In this document: one piece after another, positions 60,101 through 64,000 of the stretch
Numbering within the stretch: the stretch's first letter is position 1
Layout: every line of letters begins with the position of its first letter
NCBI GenBank assembly: GCA_023213395.1
Contig: CM041465.1
Coordinates: 104,167,741 to 104,231,740, forward strand
Source: Cycas panzhihuaensis
Taxonomy: Eukaryota; Plantae; Cycadophyta
DNA length: 64,000 nucleotides
Direction of reading: 5' to 3'
Made by a program: the position numbers and the translations under genes
The notes under the pieces: model-generated
What the model saw: the letters and a program-made list of their open reading frames with translations, nothing else
Told to the model about the DNA's origin: nothing
The model's database searches: none

Positions 60101-62050
60101 AATCTTGTATCAATGGGAAGTAGCATAAGGAAAGATTTTTGAAAGATAAGGTGACTAAAAAACTAAGCCTCGTACACTCATACATTTATGGTCCTATGTC
60201 AACTACTTAGCTTGGAGATGCAAAATATCTCTTAACCTTCATTAATGATTATTCTAAGAAAATATAGGTTTATCCTTTAAAGGAGATGTCTCAAGTCTTT
60301 GAGATGTTTAAGGAGTTCAAAGAAAAAATGGAGAATGAATGTAGACAAAGAATCAAGGTACTAAGGTCAAATAATGGGGAAGAATTTGCCTCTGGTACCT
60401 TTGTCTAGTTTTGTAAGGACCGTGATATAAAACAATTGACATTAATATGCTCTCTTCAATAGAATAGTATAATTGAGAGGATAAACATGATTTTGGTTGA
60501 AAAAACCAACCTATTGATAAAGGTGAAGAACCTCTTAGGCATTTTTTGATAGAAGTTATTTGTACAACAAATACCTAATATACATGAGTGTGACTAAATC
60601 TGTAAGGAATAAAACACCTGAAGAAGCATCACCAAGTCTTAAGCCTATAATTAGCTAGCTTAAAATCTTTGGAAGCACAATATATATGCATGTTCCCAAA
60701 GATAAACATAAAAGCATTGATGATAAAAGCTTGAAAAGCATCCTTGCTGGGTACAATAAATAGAATAAGTGCACCAGATATACAAGTTGACAACCATAAA
60801 GGTTTGCACAACTCAAGATGTTATCATTAAAGAGAATAAAAAATAGGTTACAAATATCATCTCTAAAGAGATTAATAGATCAAGATCAAGATTTAGACAT
60901 CTAGAAGATTTGTAAAGACAAAGGAAAACAGATCAAGGAACAACATGAATCTAGTTCCTTGATTCAACAAATTATTAAGCCAAAGATTTAGTTAGGAGGA
61001 GGAATTTGTAAATGCTCAAGAAACATAGCTAGAGATGGAGCCTAAGTTCGCTCCACTTGTTAAATTTCCTAAATGGTACTTAAAGACCATTGAGCAAGAT
61101 TAGTTATCTAGGACAAAAGGAAAGCAAAAATTAAAGATGAGGCTTGATACTTTGCCAATAGGCTAGTTTGATAAATTCAATTGATCATATGAACATTAAG
61201 GGGGAGTGTTGGAATTAATATTCATATGTGGATAAGTTAGTGGTGATTCATTAAGTCTAATGACAGATGCCATGGGAGTTACTAAAAGTTCTCAATGGAC
61301 CCATGACATGCGTTAGGGTAGTTATGAGTTCTATTTAGATTATTACTAATCCCATGTGTGTATTAAGGTTGTATTATATGCATTATAGGGATGAAGTGAC
61401 ATTCATTCTTAATGAATGAGGAATAGTTCATAGGTAGACTAATTCTACCTGATATCTATCTTTTGATGTGTTGATGTTTGGTTCCATTTTCAATCATAAA
61501 TTCATAAACTTGAATTTATACATCTTATTTCCATTTTTTTATTAAAATTTCTTCTATAGGTTTTATCAATAGATTAACCTTCACATAAACTTTAATATTT
61601 GATCTAATGTCAAATCTAGATTTTTGTTCTAAAGTTATAAATTCTTTGATAGGTTCAACTAATTTAGGCAAAAATTTTCAAAGACCTATATATAATCCTT
61701 CAAGCTCTACCAACATAAGTCAATAAATGTTTTCCAAATTCTTAGAATTAAAGTCAAAGACTATTATTGTATAATAAAAAGATTCCTCCCACAATACCAT
61801 AACCCTTATTTTAGGACCAAGGAAACACTAGTTTTATAAATAAAAGCAAAAAGAAAGGCATCATGCAATAGATATTTAATCTTAGGAGTCCAAACTATTC
61901 TTACCAGTTTTCAATAAACAATGGAGAAGGAATTCTACCCAAATAAACACCAATAAAAGACTTATGCTTCCAATTATTAATTTTTTATAGAACTTCTATC
62001 TCATCTAGTTCAACCACACCATCAAAATGCTTACTTGCATCCTAATCAAT
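57200..62050 (-). pseudogene. Decayed LINE (L1-like) ORF1 with DUF4283-like region and zinc knuckle, split by Copia G
   Basis: Minus 61510-61975: SFIGVYLGRIPSPLFIENW..VW..AFLFAF..WYCGRNLFIIQ..DFN..LVELEGL..KVYVKVNL. It resumes at 57363 with a decayed CX2CX4HX4C (TYFRCRKLRYFIKNYP, lesions of C>T/G>A type). Confidence 0.65.
57364..61506 (+). mobile_element. Element G: Ty1/Copia deletion derivative (gag-protease-integrase, no RT/RH)
   Basis: LTRs 57364-57662 and 61207-61506. TSD atctt/aactt. PBS tggtatc at 57665, PPT aagggggag at 61198-61206. Protease WCIDSDASNHMT at ~59596. INT LVHSYIYGPM..TFINDYSKK..IKVLRSNNGEEF. Confidence 0.9.
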
Positions 62051-62626
62051 TAGCTCTAATGATGTTGCATCTGGCCTTCTCTTTCTTGATAAACCATCTG
62101 AGTTTTGAAGAGAAGAAGGATCATTACCAAAATCTTGAGATAGAAAACCTAAATTTTTATATGGAGAGGCATAAATATCTAGCATCTTAAAGCAATTCTT
62201 GGCTAAAAAGTACTTCAATGTTTACTCAAGGATACCAAACTCTACAACCATAGATTTTGGAGGATGTCCTATTTAATTCACCTGACATATGCCTGAAATG
62301 CATTAATAAGTCCTCAATCACCCACACGAGCTTCATATTTTAAGAAATGGAAAGATAACAGAATCCCTAATAAAGCTTCTTATATCTCCCTCTCTAACCT
62401 CCTCCTTCTTACATTAATAATTGATTTTTTTCTACTATAAAATACTATTAAATAGGTGTAAATCTATAAAAATATAGAAAAAAAAATAATAAATCAAGGT
62501 ATAAGAGATGTATCCACTATTAAACAATAATTTAATTCTCCTCTATGGGGTGATTAGTCTATGTTAGGACTTCATTCCTCTTCTTCATCATCAATCATCA
62601 AACATGGACTTCAAATGAAACCTGCA

Positions 62627-64000
62627 TGTTTTAAATACTGGCACATCGTATGCATAGAATAATATCTATAAAATCATCAATAAAACTAGTTATTAATAAG
62701 GAGTTTTATCGATAAAACAACTTACTAATAAGGAGATTCCATCTTCAATTCTATATCAAATCTTTATCATATCTTAATCATCATGCCCTAATAATCTCAG
62801 ACACAACTAGTAATAAGTTCCTAGCTTAATATGTCTCTTATTAATTGATACTAACCCATATTGGGTCAAGACTTAATACTTTGGACATGAATGTTTTAAC
62901 ACCCCTCTTAAATATGTACAACACTAAGTTGAATGCTGAGGTCATCTGTGGAGTTCTCTAACTTCTCTCTACCAAGTGGATTAGTGAAGATATTGGCAAG
63001 TTATTGATCGATCAATTTATAGACGAGGTCAATTTCACCCTTTTATATATGTTATCTTATAAAATAGTGATGGACCTCAATATGCTTCGTCCATGCATGA
63101 AATAAGAGATTCTTGGATATCTTCATCACACTTTGATTGTCACAATATAATGGAGTTGGTAGGGATTGCTTAGGGTTAAGCTTACTAAGAATCCATTTGA
63201 GCCAAATAGCCTCACACATTGCTCTAACATAGCTTTGTATTCTACTTTAGTAGAGGAAAGAGTGACATTTGGTTACTTTTTGTAACTCCATGAAATAATT
63301 ATAGACCCAAGGTTGAAATAATAACTTGAGATAGATTTACAATTATCTTGGCATCTTTTCCAATCAGAATTTAAGAACCCTTCTAATGTGAAGTTCTCAT
63401 TCTGAGTATACTAGAGACTAGACTGCAATGTACCTTTAAGGTACTTGAGAATCCTCGTTACAACATTCTAATACTGTTGATTAGGTTGTGTTATAAATCT
63501 ATAACATATTCCAACAACACATGATATATCAGGCCAAGTATTAGTCAAGTAAATAAGACCATTCACTAATTGTCTAAAAAGGGTGGAATCAATAGATTTG
63601 GTTCTTTATTAAGTAACAATTTTATGTCTATCTCTATAGGGATTAGTGACAATTTACCATCCTCTAGTCTAAATCATTACATAATATCCCAAGTGTATTT
63701 GGCTTGGGACATAAAAATGTGACCTAATTGTTGCCACAACTCCATGTTGAAAAACTAATGAAGAAGCCCGAGACCAGTCATCTAAAATCCTCTCTTAAGT
63801 CACCTCGAACACTTTCTATCATGTTAGTATCATTATTAGTAATGATCAGATCATCTACATATAATACAACAAGAATGATGTATTAGTGTTAAATCTTAAT
63901 GTATAGTTTTAAGTCAGATGTGGATCGATAAAAATAATATTTCAAGAATTAATTATCAATTTTAGAATACCAAGTATGTAGTGTTTGTTTTAGACCATAC
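62627..64000 (-). mobile_element. Element H: 3' end of a Ty1/Copia (RT, RNase H, PPT, 3' LTR ~62627-62901)
   Basis: Minus strand YVDDLII at ~63842-63862, LIYLTNTWPDISCVV, NSDW, LSSTKVEYKA, LYCDNQS, TKHIEVHHYFIR. PPT aagagggg adjoins the LTR start at 62901; left end of the LTR is tentative. Confidence 0.88.

Overview
AT-rich, heavily methylation-decayed plant intergenic/heterochromatic DNA made almost entirely of retroelements. No intact host gene, RNA gene or CRISPR array is visible. The chromodomain tails and Tat architecture suggest a gymnosperm-type host, which is inference only. Reading LTR pairs, PBS/PPT and target-site duplications (TSDs) resolves a six-level nest. Chromovirus A (1626-2248 + 53902-~56247, +) contains chromovirus B (2249-53901, -, TSD tttac). 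B contains chromovirus C (6556-52932, +, TSD gtacc/gtatc). C contains Tat element D (13015-52849, -, TSD aaagt, inside C's 3' LTR). D contains Tat element E (28430-47583, +, TSD acagg/atagg). E contains solo LTR F (38251-40779, TSD catgt/cttgt). Also present: a pol-less chromovirus remnant Z (1-1625), a decayed LINE ORF1 (-) split by an RT/RH-less Copia G (57364-61506), and the 3' end of Copia H (62627-64000, -). The most notable feature is a cassette between integrase and the 3' LTR shared by D and E. It holds a spliced antisense plant-mobile-domain (PMD) gene with its own TATA box, arranged head-to-head with a free-standing archaeal-type RNase H, while the RNase H inside Pol lacks its catalytic Asp. 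Both D LTRs carry very long (TA)n arrays at the same internal site. Coordinates were read by eye and may be off by a few bases.
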